Shown: in pieces, positions 49,801 through 59,379 of the stretch | Position numbering within the stretch: the stretch's first letter is position 1 | How the letters are laid out: the number at the start of each line of letters is the position of its first letter | DNA from: Stegostoma tigrinum | Taxonomy: Eukaryota | Length of the DNA stretch: 64,000 nt | Direction: 5' to 3' | Assembly: GCF_030684315.1 (NCBI RefSeq) | Contig: NC_081387.1 | Span: forward strand, 21,818,647 to 21,882,646 | Position numbers and translations under genes: made by a program | The notes under the pieces: model-generated | The model's database searches: none | What the model saw: the letters and a program-made list of their open reading frames with translations, nothing else | Told to the model about the DNA's origin: nothing

Positions 49801-50512
49801 ATAGGGTATTATGGAGATAAGATTGGCGGTTTTATGGGTGGAATGCCGTTCAGAGAAGCATTGACAACTCGATGGGCTGAATGGCCTCTTTCCACACAGT
49901 GGGGTGCTATGATTGTACTGAGCAGTGGAGCAAGCTCAGGGGTTGTACAGTCTATTCTTGATCCTATTTCTCATCTTCTTGTGTTCTTTCCTAGCCAATG
50001 TAAAGATGGACCCTGAAACAGCCAACGCGTGTCTGACGGTGTCTCCAGACGGGCAGAGTGTGAAAGCTGGCAAAGCACAGAATGTCCCCGACAACCCAGA
50101 GTGGTTCGAATCTGTCCCGTACGTGCTGGGCTCAGACGGTTTCACGAAGGGTGCCCATTACTGGGAGGTGAAGGTAGCTGACAAGGCCTACTGGGATGTG
50201 GGCGTCGCCGATGGATCAGTCCAGCGGAAGGGCATGCCTAACCTGTGCTCCGATGCGGGATTCTGGACAATCGGACGGGATGGTGAACCGTATGGAATAA
50301 GTGATGCTGAACGCTCCAAAATCACTGTAACGACCAGGCCTCAAACAATCGGAGTGTTCTTAGAAATGGAGGCAAGAAGGGTGTCTTTTTACAATGCTGA
50401 TGACATGTTCCACCTCTACACATTTAAAGGCAACTTCTCAGAGAAAGTCTACCCGTTCTTTTGGCCTGGCTGGGAGAAGTCACCCTTAACTATTTGTCCA
50501 GTTAAGAACTAG
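24574..50512 (+). CDS. Butyrophilin-like gene 2: signal-IgV-IgC-TM-11 x 27-nt exons-B30.2. Joined 1671 nt (556 aa if read through), with a premature TGA at 29843-29845 (257-aa truncated product; possible pseudogene, null allele or secreted form)
   Basis: 16 coding exons, all GT-AG and phase 1; the frame is consistent to TAG 50510-50512 apart from the single stop. Confidence 0.85.
25231..25605 (+). CDS. Gene 2 IgV exon
   Basis: FAVTGS...LECQL...EVRW...VHMY...YRGRTELF...GNVSLRL...DRGQYKC, a BTN/MOG-type IgV; donor GTTAGT. Confidence 0.93.
27050..27790 (+). mobile_element. CR1-type LINE 3' fragment
   Basis: Decayed RT C-terminal region and CR1-like 3' UTR. Confidence 0.7.
28238..28522 (+). CDS. 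Gene 2 IgC exon
   Basis: 285 nt; about 95% identical to the gene 1 IgC exon. Confidence 0.93.
29808..29927 (+). CDS. Gene 2 transmembrane exon with in-frame stop ([39 protein letters not shown])
   Basis: Colinear with the gene 1 TM exon; TGA sits where gene 1 has GCG. Confidence 0.88.
29965..30655 (+). mobile_element. CR1-type LINE 3' fragment interrupted by a short PLE tail (about 30405-30540)
   Basis: IEYCVQFWSP...RFQKGFTKM, the CR1 ORF2 C-terminal motif. Confidence 0.8.
30904..30930 (+). CDS. Gene 2 27-nt microexon 1 (GLRESKDLH)
   Basis: TTTTCTAG / GTAAGT. Confidence 0.85.
31160..34675 (+). mobile_element. Near full-length decayed LINE (APE endonuclease + RT) with a tRNA/SINE-like 5' head
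   Basis: Decayed peptides DIVVLT, GDFN, SDH, NYCPINLLS, ALDIKGDFD, PQGSVLG and FTDD; many stops; absent from the homologous gene 1 intron. Confidence 0.85.
31455..31765 (-). mobile_element. V-SINE (HE1-like) inserted in the LINE 5' region
   Basis: tRNA-like head and V-domain on the minus strand; flanking repeat CCATTCA. Confidence 0.75.
35099..35125 (+). CDS. Gene 2 27-nt microexon 2 (EYLKLMEEV)
   Basis: TTACAG / GTGAGT. Confidence 0.85.
36230..37025. mobile_element. Penelope-like fold-back insertion (short minus arm, longer plus arm)
   Basis: GIY-YIG ORF 36321-36710; TSD CATGAATGTGTGGAG at 36215-36229 and 37026-37040. Confidence 0.92.
37643..37669 (+). CDS. Gene 2 27-nt microexon 3 (KQDKMKTDK)
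   Basis: CTTTCAG / GTAAGT. Confidence 0.78.
38186..38212 (+). CDS. Gene 2 27-nt microexon 4 (EMAKQKGKQ)
   Basis: ATTTCAG / GTGAGT. Confidence 0.8.
39528..39554 (+). CDS. Gene 2 27-nt microexon 5 (ECKMLQQEF)
   Basis: TCTTCAG / GTAAGA. Confidence 0.85.
39720..40120. repeat. Degenerate tandem repeat, unit about 60-70 bp (GGGACAGTGTAGAGGGAGCTTTACTCTGTATCTAACC-like)
   Basis: 5-6 diverged recurrences of the motif. Confidence 0.6.
40528..40554 (+). CDS. Gene 2 27-nt microexon 6 (EKEKATIYA)
   Basis: TTTTACAG / GTAAGC. Confidence 0.82.
40930..41420 (-). mobile_element. CR1-type LINE 3' fragment
   Basis: ERVQKRFTKMLPGLEGLSY...LGLFSLE...LRGDLIKVY. Confidence 0.85.
41755..41781 (+). CDS. Gene 2 27-nt microexon 7 (EHVQFRKEV)
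   Basis: GTTACAG / GTAAGT. Confidence 0.82.
41848..43415. repeat. Minisatellite: about 13 x 61-bp dimer units, then about 23 x 30-bp monomers, with a degenerate right end
   Basis: Monomer GGGGGCTGTTTCTCAGTCTGTRCTCAGACT read directly. Confidence 0.97.
43542..43568 (+). CDS. Gene 2 27-nt microexon 8 (DEARESDKA)
   Basis: TTTTACAG / GTATGT. Confidence 0.8.
44481..44507 (+). CDS. Gene 2 27-nt microexon 9 (DYRKLLTKF)
   Basis: CTTGCAG / GTGAGT. Confidence 0.82.
45390..45416 (+). CDS. Gene 2 27-nt microexon 10 (EQWRPLVQS)
   Basis: CCTTTTAG / GTATGT. Confidence 0.88.
45470..46400 (+). mobile_element. CR1-type LINE 3' fragment
   Basis: SKFADDT RT motif and CR1 3' end; absent from the homologous gene 1 intron (10218-10532). 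Confidence 0.85.
46677..46703 (+). CDS. Gene 2 27-nt microexon 11 (EWNRIRSHA)
   Basis: TTCTGCAG / GTAAGA. Confidence 0.88.
46742..46805. repeat. (TG)n microsatellite, about 32 units
   Basis: Read directly. Confidence 0.98.
48027..48217. mobile_element. Miniature PLE fold-back insertion
   Basis: Minus arm up to the hammerhead, then an inverted plus arm; TSD CACAGAGTGAG at 48016-48026 and 48218-48228. Confidence 0.9.
48130..48157 (-). ncRNA. Minimal hammerhead ribozyme motif
   Basis: Reverse complement CTGATGAAGGGTCTAGGCCCGAAACGTC. Confidence 0.65.
48700..49190 (+). mobile_element. 3' fragment of the same LINE family as 31160-34675
   Basis: Matches 34160-34660 (SFTVAGSKSWNSL). Confidence 0.8.
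49200..49915. mobile_element. Two V-SINE fragments (minus 49200-49415, plus 49700-49915)
   Basis: V-domain motif TGTGTGGAG..TGCA..TTCTCCCCGTG...CTCCCACAGTCC. Confidence 0.65.
49995..50512 (+). CDS. Gene 2 terminal exon, B30.2 (PRY-SPRY) domain
   Basis: MDPETAN, LGSDGFTKGAHYWEV, IGVFL, VSFYN and YPFFWP motifs; acceptor TTCCTAG. Confidence 0.94.
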
Positions 50513-51489
50513 TTAACTCTTGTATCATTGTACTTTAATGAATTGATCTTATCCAAGTATTTTTGGCCAACCAGTGACTCACTAACATGTACTCAAGAAG
50601 TTTTTATACTTTTAAAGTACCTTTCAAATGGTCTGTAACTGTGAGCTTCATGGCAAAGCAGTAACCAAGATCAGATGCACATTGGTCAGGAATCCATAAT
50701 ATGGCCAGTTTCTATGGGCAACACACTGATCAGATTCTTTGATTGGCCAAAGTTTCAACGTGGAGACATCCAAAAAAAGCTCAGCCTCCGAGGATTTCTA
50801 CGTCATAGTGAAACAAAATGACACAGAAAGAACCACCATGAGCTTCACAAGCCAAGGAACTCTCATCAGCTTGTGTTCGTTTGATGCATATGTCAGAAAA
50901 AGAACACCTGCCCAGATGTTTCTCACATCAATGCATCTAAAGTCAGTTTAAGTTGTTTGAAGGTGGAAAATTACGACAGTGGTGGCTTTTTTGATAACTG
51001 GATGTTTAATATTGTAAAATAAGAGAGAAAAAACAAAATTATAATGTTATTCAGCTCACTACTCATGTCCCTAATGTGAGCAAAATACCATCCAGCCCAT
51101 TCAGGAACAATGGGGGCTGTTGTATATAAATCATGTTGTACCACCCATGCACTGCACTCAAAGGGCTAACAGATGATTGTTTTTCTATGTAATTCATTGA
51201 ATTTTGTAATGTGCTATTTACAAGATGCTACTTACAATATCCATTCATGACTTGAATGAGGAAAATTCAATCACAGCAAGTGGGAGTGCAAGTGTTGAGT
51301 ACCTGGGATAGAGGCTCTGGTTAACATTGTTTCTTCTTATTTGTTCATGGAAAGTGGGCATCACTGGCTAGACCAGTATTTATTGCCCACCCCTGTTTGC
51401 CTAGAGGGCAGTTAAAAATAAAGCGCATTGCAGGCTTGTGGGATCACATGTAGGCCAAACCAGGTAAGGACAGCAGTCACCTTCCTAAA

Positions 51490-51662
51490 GTGTGGAGGTG
51501 CCGGGAGTTGGTCAGGGATGGACCAGGGCAGAGGACACGTGACACCATGTTGTAGTCTTATAGGTCTGTCTGAAATCACAAGCTTCGGGAACACCGCTCC
51601 TTCATCACTTCACCTGATGGGGTTGGACACTCACCTGGTGTCATGTGACTTCTGACCTTGTC
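51490..51662. mobile_element. Short fold-back insertion from a different PLE-like family (related piece at 59700-59810)
   Basis: Inverted ends and a decayed hammerhead-like core on the minus strand. Confidence 0.5.
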
Positions 51663-52635
51663 ATTCCCAAAGGGCATTAGTAAAATAAGTGAGCTGAAGT
51701 GGCACTCCTTAACTAGAGTCAGATGTCTGGGTTTAAATCTCTCCTGCTCTGAAATGATGTCACAGCATGTCTGAACAGGCTAATTAAAAGTTACTACAAA
51801 GTAGCGTTGATAACTCAGCACCATCTTCTGTGGACAGGACTATTGCCAAATAAAAATTTTAGAAATCGATCACATCCGAATAAATGTGAAAGAGGAATCT
51901 TTTAAAGATTTGTGTTCTCAGTTATTTAATCTAGCAAAGCAATGTATTTATTGCACATCCCTGACGGCCCTGGAGAAGACCAATCATTATCGATAGATAG
52001 ATTTGGAAAGCGTTTAGAAAACTTGTGACACCTTCAGTGCTGAGTTTTGTTTTGGAGAGGTATTGACTGAGTAGTAACTGCAAGGCTTTGTTCAGTTGTG
52101 CTGAATCAGGGCGTTATTAAGATTTTTGCAGCTTTTACCCGAAATGTGGAATTATTGCAGTAACTGTGTGACCACATCAGCGAGGGTACGGACGAGGTTT
52201 AAAACAGTGTTGTAGGATTGGAGAATTTTAGTTATGGGAGAGGCTCGCTTGAAACAGAGAAGGCTGAAGAGATGGATAGTTTGAGGTGTATAAAATTGCG
52301 ACGCCTTGCTAAACAGCGCACACGCAGCAGAGAGGGCAGATACCAGACGCCGGAGATCTAAAGTAATGGAAGGATATTACAGGAGAGTGTTTAATTCCGG
52401 CGGCTGAAGATGACGGGGTGAAAAGGGGTTTTTGCTTGACTTTCTATGGATGCTGCCTGACTTGCGATAATGTCCAGCATTTCTTCACCCCCCCCCCCAG
52501 AACCGTGTATTCAGAAACCCGGTCGTACTTTAACAAGAGATAATGGGAACTGCAGTTGCTGGAGAATCCCGGATAACAAAGTGTGGAGCTGGATGAACAC
52601 AGCAGGCCAAGCAGCATCTCAGGAGCACAAAAGCT

Positions 52636-52663
52636 GACGTTTCGGGCCTAGACCCTTCATCAG
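52636..52663 (-). ncRNA. Minimal hammerhead ribozyme motif
   Basis: Intact core on the minus strand. Confidence 0.65.
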
Positions 52664-52754
52664 AGAGGGGGATGGGGTGAGGGTTTTGGAATAAATAGGG
52701 TCCGCCTCCCCCTCTCTCCCTGTTTATTCCAGTTCCCTCTCCCCATCCCCCTCT

Positions 52755-52782
52755 CTGATGAAGGGTCTAGGCCCGAAACGTC
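52755..52782 (+). ncRNA. Minimal hammerhead ribozyme motif
   Basis: CTGATGAAGGGTCTAGGCCCGAAACGTC. Confidence 0.65.
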
Positions 52783-53214
52783 AGCTTTTGTGCTCCTGAG
52801 ATGCTGCCTGGCCTGCTGTGTTCCTCCAGCTCCACACTTTGTCATCGTACTTTAGCAAGGATAGATTATCTGCTGAAGTAAGGAGACCCGTATTAAATGC
52901 TCAAGCAGCAGGGTTCGAGTTTCTGATTGTGAGGCTTCTGTGATGTAGGTATACCTCAAATCCATTTCAATTAAAACAAAAACTTGTACAATTTAATATG
53001 AACACTGGGCAGCAGCGGCCGTGCCCAGATACACCCCCACAATCATGCAAATCCGCCTTCCGCCTGTGGACTAACATGACAGCAGGAAGGTTCCCGGGTT
53101 CCTGCAGCTCACAGTTCATTCTGCCGAGGAAGTCCCTCTATACTGCTGAGCTTCTATTTGTTTCTTCTCTACCTCTCCTCCTTTCTCCCAGCACTATAGA
53201 GCTCCTTGTTGATC

Positions 53215-53630
53215 TGAGACTGGAAGAACTGCCGATGTTGGAGTCAGAGATAATACAGTGCGGAGCAGGAGGAACACAGCAGGCCGAGCAGCATCAGAGA
53301 AGCAGGAAAGCAGACGTTTCGGGTCGACGCCCGTCTTCAGAAACGGGGCAGGAGAAGAGAGCCCTGAAATAAGGAGATGACTTGTGGGGCTGCGGAAGGT
53401 AGGTGGGATGGTGACAGTGAATGCAGGTTGGCCAGTGAGGCGGTAGGAGCGGGCAGGCGGGAGAGAAGACGGACAGGTCAAGGAGGGGGTGGGGATGAGA
53501 GGGATGGTTGGTCATGGGATGAGGTCGGGGGTGGGGGGAGAGTTTGAAGCTAGTATAGTCCACATTGAGGCCATTGGGCTGTAGGCTCCCGAGAGAGAAT
53601 CTGAGGAGCTGCTCCTCCAGTTTCCTAGTT
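53215..53630 (-). mobile_element. Penelope-like 3' fragment (older subfamily)
   Basis: GIY-YIG C-terminus and tail; hammerhead core at 53313-53340. Confidence 0.85.
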
Positions 53631-54818
53631 GTGTGGGTGAGGGGGAGAAGAGAAGGCAGCGAGGTGAGGAAGAGTGGATGGGTGGAAACTGGGTTACGGT
53701 GTGTTGGGGACAGCAGGGTGGGTTAGGGTGTAGAAAATGTCAAATGCTGGAGAGTGAAGTGGGGGGAGGGAGGAGGCGGCGTGGATGGACAGAATGCAGG
53801 TGGGTATGAAAAAGGGAAGACCACAGGGAGGGGGCGGAGAGAGCGACAGGGACAGATATAGGGCAGAGAGCAGGACAGAAAGGAGGGGGGACAGAGTCGG
53901 AGGGGAGTTTGGGGCGGGGAAAAGACCATTCGCCTGGAGTGGATCGGCAGAGAGAGCGCGGGAGAGGGCAATGTGAATTAAGGAAGGACGAGTGACTGGA
54001 GGAGAGAAGAGACAGAAGGGGAGATAAATTTGGAGGGATTGGAGCGAGGAAGCCGATGGAAACCAGTGGCATGTATTGTTGCAGTGAAACCCTTCAGACT
54101 GGACTGGCCCGTTGATCAAATTCCCGGAGCGAACAACTGATTCATTGGCTTCCCGCTCGCTCGATTGATGGGGGCCAAGGAAATAATTCGGCTGATCTCA
54201 ATTCTCATTTTCACTGCTGTCAGTTTGATGCTGTCTCTGTCTGGTTGTAGATCCTCCGATCATGGGGAAGTTCTGCCTAATTTATCTCCCACGCTGCTTG
54301 AACCGCGAACAAAAAAACACGACACAGCCCCCATTTTCCAGAGAAGTTTCGCGCTTTCTACAATCACTCATCTTGACTGAGAAACATAGATCCACTCAGC
54401 CTGTTAACTGCCTGTTTGCACATGCTATCCAAAGTCTGTGTGTCTTCCCGCTAACACCCTGCTCAGGCGTGAGACCACCTCACATTCTGGTTCACAGCCT
54501 GAGATCCGTGCTCTCTTCTGTTGAGACAGACCTCCTTCCTGTTACTAAACACTTGAGAACTTCACTCAGAGGAACCCACAGAGAGCAAAATGTGAAAAAG
54601 CAGCAACAGCCGGCGACCTGCGTATTTAATACGAGGCCTTGGGCCCTCTTAGTCCTTTTAGAACAAGACCGATCAGCAGAATTATTACCAGAGTTTTACC
54701 GGAGTTGTTAATGTATATCATTGTTCTCCACGCTCTGTCCCTTTACACTTTCCGATAGGGCGCCCTCAGCTACTGAGTTCACCGTCATTCAGCCTGTAAT
54801 TAGCAAACAGCCCATGTT

Positions 54819-56477
54819 ATGAAGTGTGGAGCTGGATGAACACAGCAGGCCAAGCAGCATCTCAGGAGCACAAAAGCTGACGTTTCGGGCCTAGACCCTT
54901 CATCGGAGAGGGGGATGGGGTGAGGGTTCTGGAATAAATAGGGAGAGAGGGGGAGGCGGACCAAAGATGGAGAGAAAAGAAGATAGGTGGAGAGGAGAGT
55001 ATAGGTGGGGAGGTAAGGAGGGGATAGGTCAGTCCAGATAAGACGGACAGGTCAAGGAGGTGGGATGAGGTTAGTAGATTGGAGATGGAGGTGCGGCTTG
55101 GGGTGGGAGGAAGGGATGGGTGAGAGGAAAAACAGGTTAGGGAGGCAGAGACAGGTTGGACTGGTTTTGGGATGCGGTGGGTGGAGGGGAAGAGCTGGGC
55201 TGGTTGTGTGGTGCAGTGGGCGGAGGGGACGAACTGGGCTGGTTTTGGGATGCGGTGGGGGAAGGGGAGATTTTGAAGCTGGTGAAGTCCACATTGATAC
55301 CATTGGGCTGCAGGGTTCCCAAGCGGAATATGAGTTGCTGTTCCTGCAACCTTCGGGTGGCATCATTGTGGCACTGCAGGAGGCCCATGATGGACATGTC
55401 ACCAAAAGAATGGGAGGGGGAGTGGAAATGGTTTGCGACTGGGAGGTGCAGTTGTTTATTGCGAACCGAGCAGAGGTGTTCTGCAAAGCGGTCCCCAAGC
55501 CTCCGCTTGGATTCCCCAATGTATAGGCTCCCTTGTTCGCTCCACACTGCCCTCCAACCCCACCACACCCGGCACATTCCCCTGCAACTGCAGGAAATGC
55601 TACACTTGCCCCCACACCTCCTCCCTCACCCCTATCCCAGGCCCCAAGATGACTTTCCACATTAAGCAGAGGTTCACCTGCACATCTGCCAATGTGGTAT
55701 ACTGCATCCACTGTACCCAGTGTGGCTTCCTCTACATTGGGGAAACCAAGCAGAGTCTTGGGGACCGCTTTGCAGAACACCTCCGCTCGGTTCGCAATAA
55801 ACAACTGCACCTCCCAGTCACAAACCATTTCCACTCCCCCTCCCATTCTTTAGATGACATGTCCATCATGGGCCTCCTGCAGTGCCACAATGATGCCACC
55901 CGAAGGTTGCAGGAACAGCAACTCATATTCCGCTTGGGAACCCTGCAGCCCAATGGTATCAATGTGGACTTCACCAGCTTCAAAATCTCCCCCTCCCCCA
56001 CCGCATCCCAAAACCAGCCCAGTTCGTCCCCTCCCCCCACTGCACCACACAACCAGCCCAGCTCTTCCCCTCCACCCACCGCATCCCAAAACCAGTCCAA
56101 CCTGTCTCTGCCTCCCTAACCTGTTCTTCCTCTCACCCATCTCTTCCTCCCACTCCAAGCCGCACCTCCATCTCCAACCTACTAACCTCATCCCACCTCC
56201 TTGGCCTGTCCTCTTACCTGGACTGACCTATCCCCTCCCTACCTCCCCACCTATACTCTCCTCTCCACCTATCTTCTTTTCTCTCCATCTTTGGTGCGCC
56301 TCCCCCTCTCTCCCTATTTATTCCAGAACCCTCACCCCATCCCCCTCTCTGATGAAGAGTCTAGGCCCGAAACGTCAGCTTTTGTGCTCCTGAGATGCTG
56401 CTGGGCCTGATGTGTTCATCCAGCCTCACATTTTATTATTTTGGATACTCCAGCATCTGCAGTTCCCATTATCACTA
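54819..56477. mobile_element. Penelope-like inverted pair (minus 54819-55525, plus 55526-56477)
   Basis: GIY-YIG ORFs on both strands; the full tail is on the right arm; no TSD seen. Confidence 0.92.
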
Positions 56478-57319
56478 TTACAACAGACAAAGACAGGATA
56501 CAAAACAATTATTACATCAAGAACATAAAAGACCAGGATATAGTATCGATTGCTAGTGAAGTAGCTGCTAATGGCAGGAGGCGATTTCGAGTTGTTATCA
56601 GGACAGATTCTGATTTCAAGTTACCGATGCGTCCGGCTGGAACAAAGTCAGTGCCCTGGCCACTTTGTCAGGGACAGAAGTTACACACTTCAGAAGTCTC
56701 ACACCTTTACAAATGTTCCTCACTTGACCTTATTTGAGACAGTTTAACTCTAATTTTATTCAGTCAGGAAGCTTCAGCCAGTGTCTGCATACTGATGTGA
56801 AGGAAAGTAAGGAGTTACAAAGTCTTACACCGAATTCCGAGCTGGGCAGGAAGCTTCAGGGCAGTGCCTGCATACCTATGTGTAGGCAGATAAAGGACAT
56901 TAATTTATACAAGTATAGAAATCAATGGGATGTTATCCCAATAACATCTCAATTCGATTTAAAACAATCACATTTACACCACAGAGATAACACGGTGTGA
57001 AGCTGGATGAACACAGCAGACCAAGCAGCATCAGAGGAGCAGAAAAGTTTGATGTTTCGGGTCGACACCTTCTTCAGACTTTCTTCTGTTATTTCAGATC
57101 CTCCAGCATCGGCAGTTTCTCCAATCTCTGTAACATCTACACAATACCTTTGATAACATCATAAAGTATTTTACAGACAGTGAAATATTTCTGAAGTTTA
57201 ATCAATGTTGCAATTTAGCAAAAACTACAATCAGCACAGCAAGATCCCAGAAACACAAACTTAAATCCATCATCTAACTGCTGTAATGCTGAATGAGGGA
57301 TTAACATGGATTAAGACAG

Positions 57320-58085
57320 ATGCAGGTATTGCATTTTAGGGATGAAAATTCAGGGCAGGACCTACACAGTTCATGGTAGGACCCTGCGGAGCGCTGTCAG
57401 CGGAAAGAGCTACATCGTTCCTTGATGGTGTCATCACAGGGGGAGAGGGTGGAGAAGGCAGTGTTTGGAATGCCTGCCTTCATTGGTCACAGCTCTGAGT
57501 ACAGGAGTTGGGATTTCGCATTACAGATGTGCATACATTGCTGAGGCCACATTTTGATTACTGTGTACAAATCTTCTCACCCTGCTGTAAGAAGGATGAT
57601 ATTAAACTCGAAAGGATAGAGAAAATTTACGAGGTTGTCACCAAGAATGGAGAGTAAGTTGTAAAGAGAGGTCTGATAGAGAGTCTTTTTAACCCTGGAA
57701 ATTCGGAGCCTGAGGGGTGATGATATAAATGTTTATAACATTCTGAGGGGCATTGATAAAGTGAACAGCCAAGGTCATTTCCCCAGAATAGGGAAGGCCG
57801 GAACGAGAGGGCACAGGTTCATGGTGAGAGGGGAAAGATTTAAAAGGGATCTAAGGGCCAACCTTTTTCAGACAGAGGGTGGTGTGTGTATGGAAGAAGC
57901 TGCCAGAGGCGTATGGTAGAGACAAGTACAATTACAACATGTAAAGACATTTGGACAGGCGCATGGAAAGGAAAGGTTTAACAGGATGTGGGCCAAAAAC
58001 AGTGGAACGGAAATAGTTCTGTTCAGGAAACTGAGTCGGCATTGAGTTGGGCCGAAGGGTCAGTTTCCGTGCTGCATGGCTATGA
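57320..58085 (+). mobile_element. CR1-type LINE 3' fragment
   Basis: Homologous to 45620-46400. Confidence 0.8.
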
Positions 58086-58803
58086 CCGAGAGTAACTCCC
58101 CTGCTCTTCAAAACACTTGATGGTTTGGACTGAAGTCTCATTGGCTTTCCCTCAGGACTGCGCTGGAGTGTCAGTCTGTGTTTTGAAGGCGATGTCCTGG
58201 ATGGGACTTGAAGCCACAACTTCCAGATGTAAAGGAGAGAGTGAAAATACATGGTTCAAGCTGGCACTGGGCCAGTGAGCGGCCTTCTCAATCCTGTTCA
58301 ATATTCTCCATAACCTGCTCATGATACAACCTGGAGGGAGCTCGGGGCCATGGTGGGGAGGAGGCGGTCTCACACACGAATTTGATCTTTATTTTTATGC
58401 TGCGGACTCTGTCGTGAAGTGAGGATTCCAATTCAGCGAAACCTAGGACCATCCCAGCCATGGAAAGGGAATCCAATTGGAGCTGGGAACACCCGATTCT
58501 CCAGTCCCACACGGGAACAGACAGGTTACCATTTACCACCCCTGTCCCCGGGGCCCACTCTCCCCTTCACCCAGGGTCCGCGAACCTTCATCCTCCCACA
58601 GCCTCCCAGTCTCCGGGCCAGGCCTCTGCTCGTTTCCGCGACTGAGTCCCACTTTCCCCGGAACTGAGTGTGAGATCCAGGAAATCCCCATCGACAGGGA
58701 AATTGGAGTCAATCACACTGAAACTGTCAGAAGCTGAAATCATTCCAAATTCACCAATTGAAATCCTCCAAAAAAATCGGAAAGCATGACAAAATGAAAA
58801 ACC

Positions 58804-58813
58804 TTTCAGTTTC
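58804..58813 (-). promoter_or_regulatory. ISRE (GAAACTGAAA) in the inverted paralogous promoter
   Basis: TTTCAGTTTC on +, positionally equivalent to 21207-21216. Confidence 0.55.
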
Positions 58814-58926
58814 TGTTTGATATCAGCTCCGCTTCTCCAATTGACAAACAACTGAGCGGAAAGTTTTCGGACATCAACCTCAAACTGCGGAAGGACACGA
58901 TTAACCCAAAAGAAACTTTAAATGAG

Positions 58927-59062
58927 ATATCAGAGATAATGGGAACTGCAGATGCTGGAGAATCCCGAAATAATAAAATGTGAGGCTGGATGAACACAGC
59001 AGGCCAAGCAGCATCTCAGGAGCACAAAAGCTGACGTTTCGGGCCTAGACGCTTCATCAGAG
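58927..59062 (-). mobile_element. 136-bp PLE terminal fragment inserted in the relic promoter
   Basis: TSD AGAAACTTTAAATGAG at 58911-58926 and 59063-59078. Confidence 0.9.
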
Positions 59063-59379
59063 AGAAACTTTAAATGAGCAGTTTATTCAGCTCGTCTCTC
59101 CAACCCTTGCTGTCCGGCTCATTTACATCACAGTCACTATGTTGCAGTGAACTGTATTGACGTTCAGGGGACATGCTAAGGGAAAGACACAGGTTCGGGT
59201 TCTCCCGAAGTAGCAAGGCGTAGAGCTGGCTGAACACAGCAGGCCAAGCAGCATCTTCGGAGCAGGAAAGCTGACGTTTCGGGCCAAGACCCTTCCTGCT
59301 TTCCAACTCCTGAATATCAGTCCTGAAGGTTCCAGCACCTCATCAGCAAATCCAAATGTTGTTTCAATATGGAGAAGCG

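Larger units (their letters stand above)
52538..52844. mobile_element. PLE hairpin insertion, about 300 bp, with two intact hammerhead cores
   Basis: Arms 52572-52700 and about 52718-52846; TSD TCGTACTTTARCAAG at 52523-52537 and 52845-52859. Confidence 0.92.
52990..58910 (-). pseudogene. Inverted relic of a third family member: promoter/exon 1/intron 1 block (58150-58910) and 3'UTR block (53050-53215), no recognisable coding exons
   Basis: The reverse complement of 58150-58910 aligns to about 21100-21870; the reverse complement of 53050-53215 aligns to the gene 1 3'UTR at about 15168-15325. Confidence 0.6.

Noticed and set aside
56630-56650. Minus-strand AG...GT mini-exon (12 nt) in the inverted relic
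   Set aside because: Wrong size, and no similarity to any BTN exon in the window.
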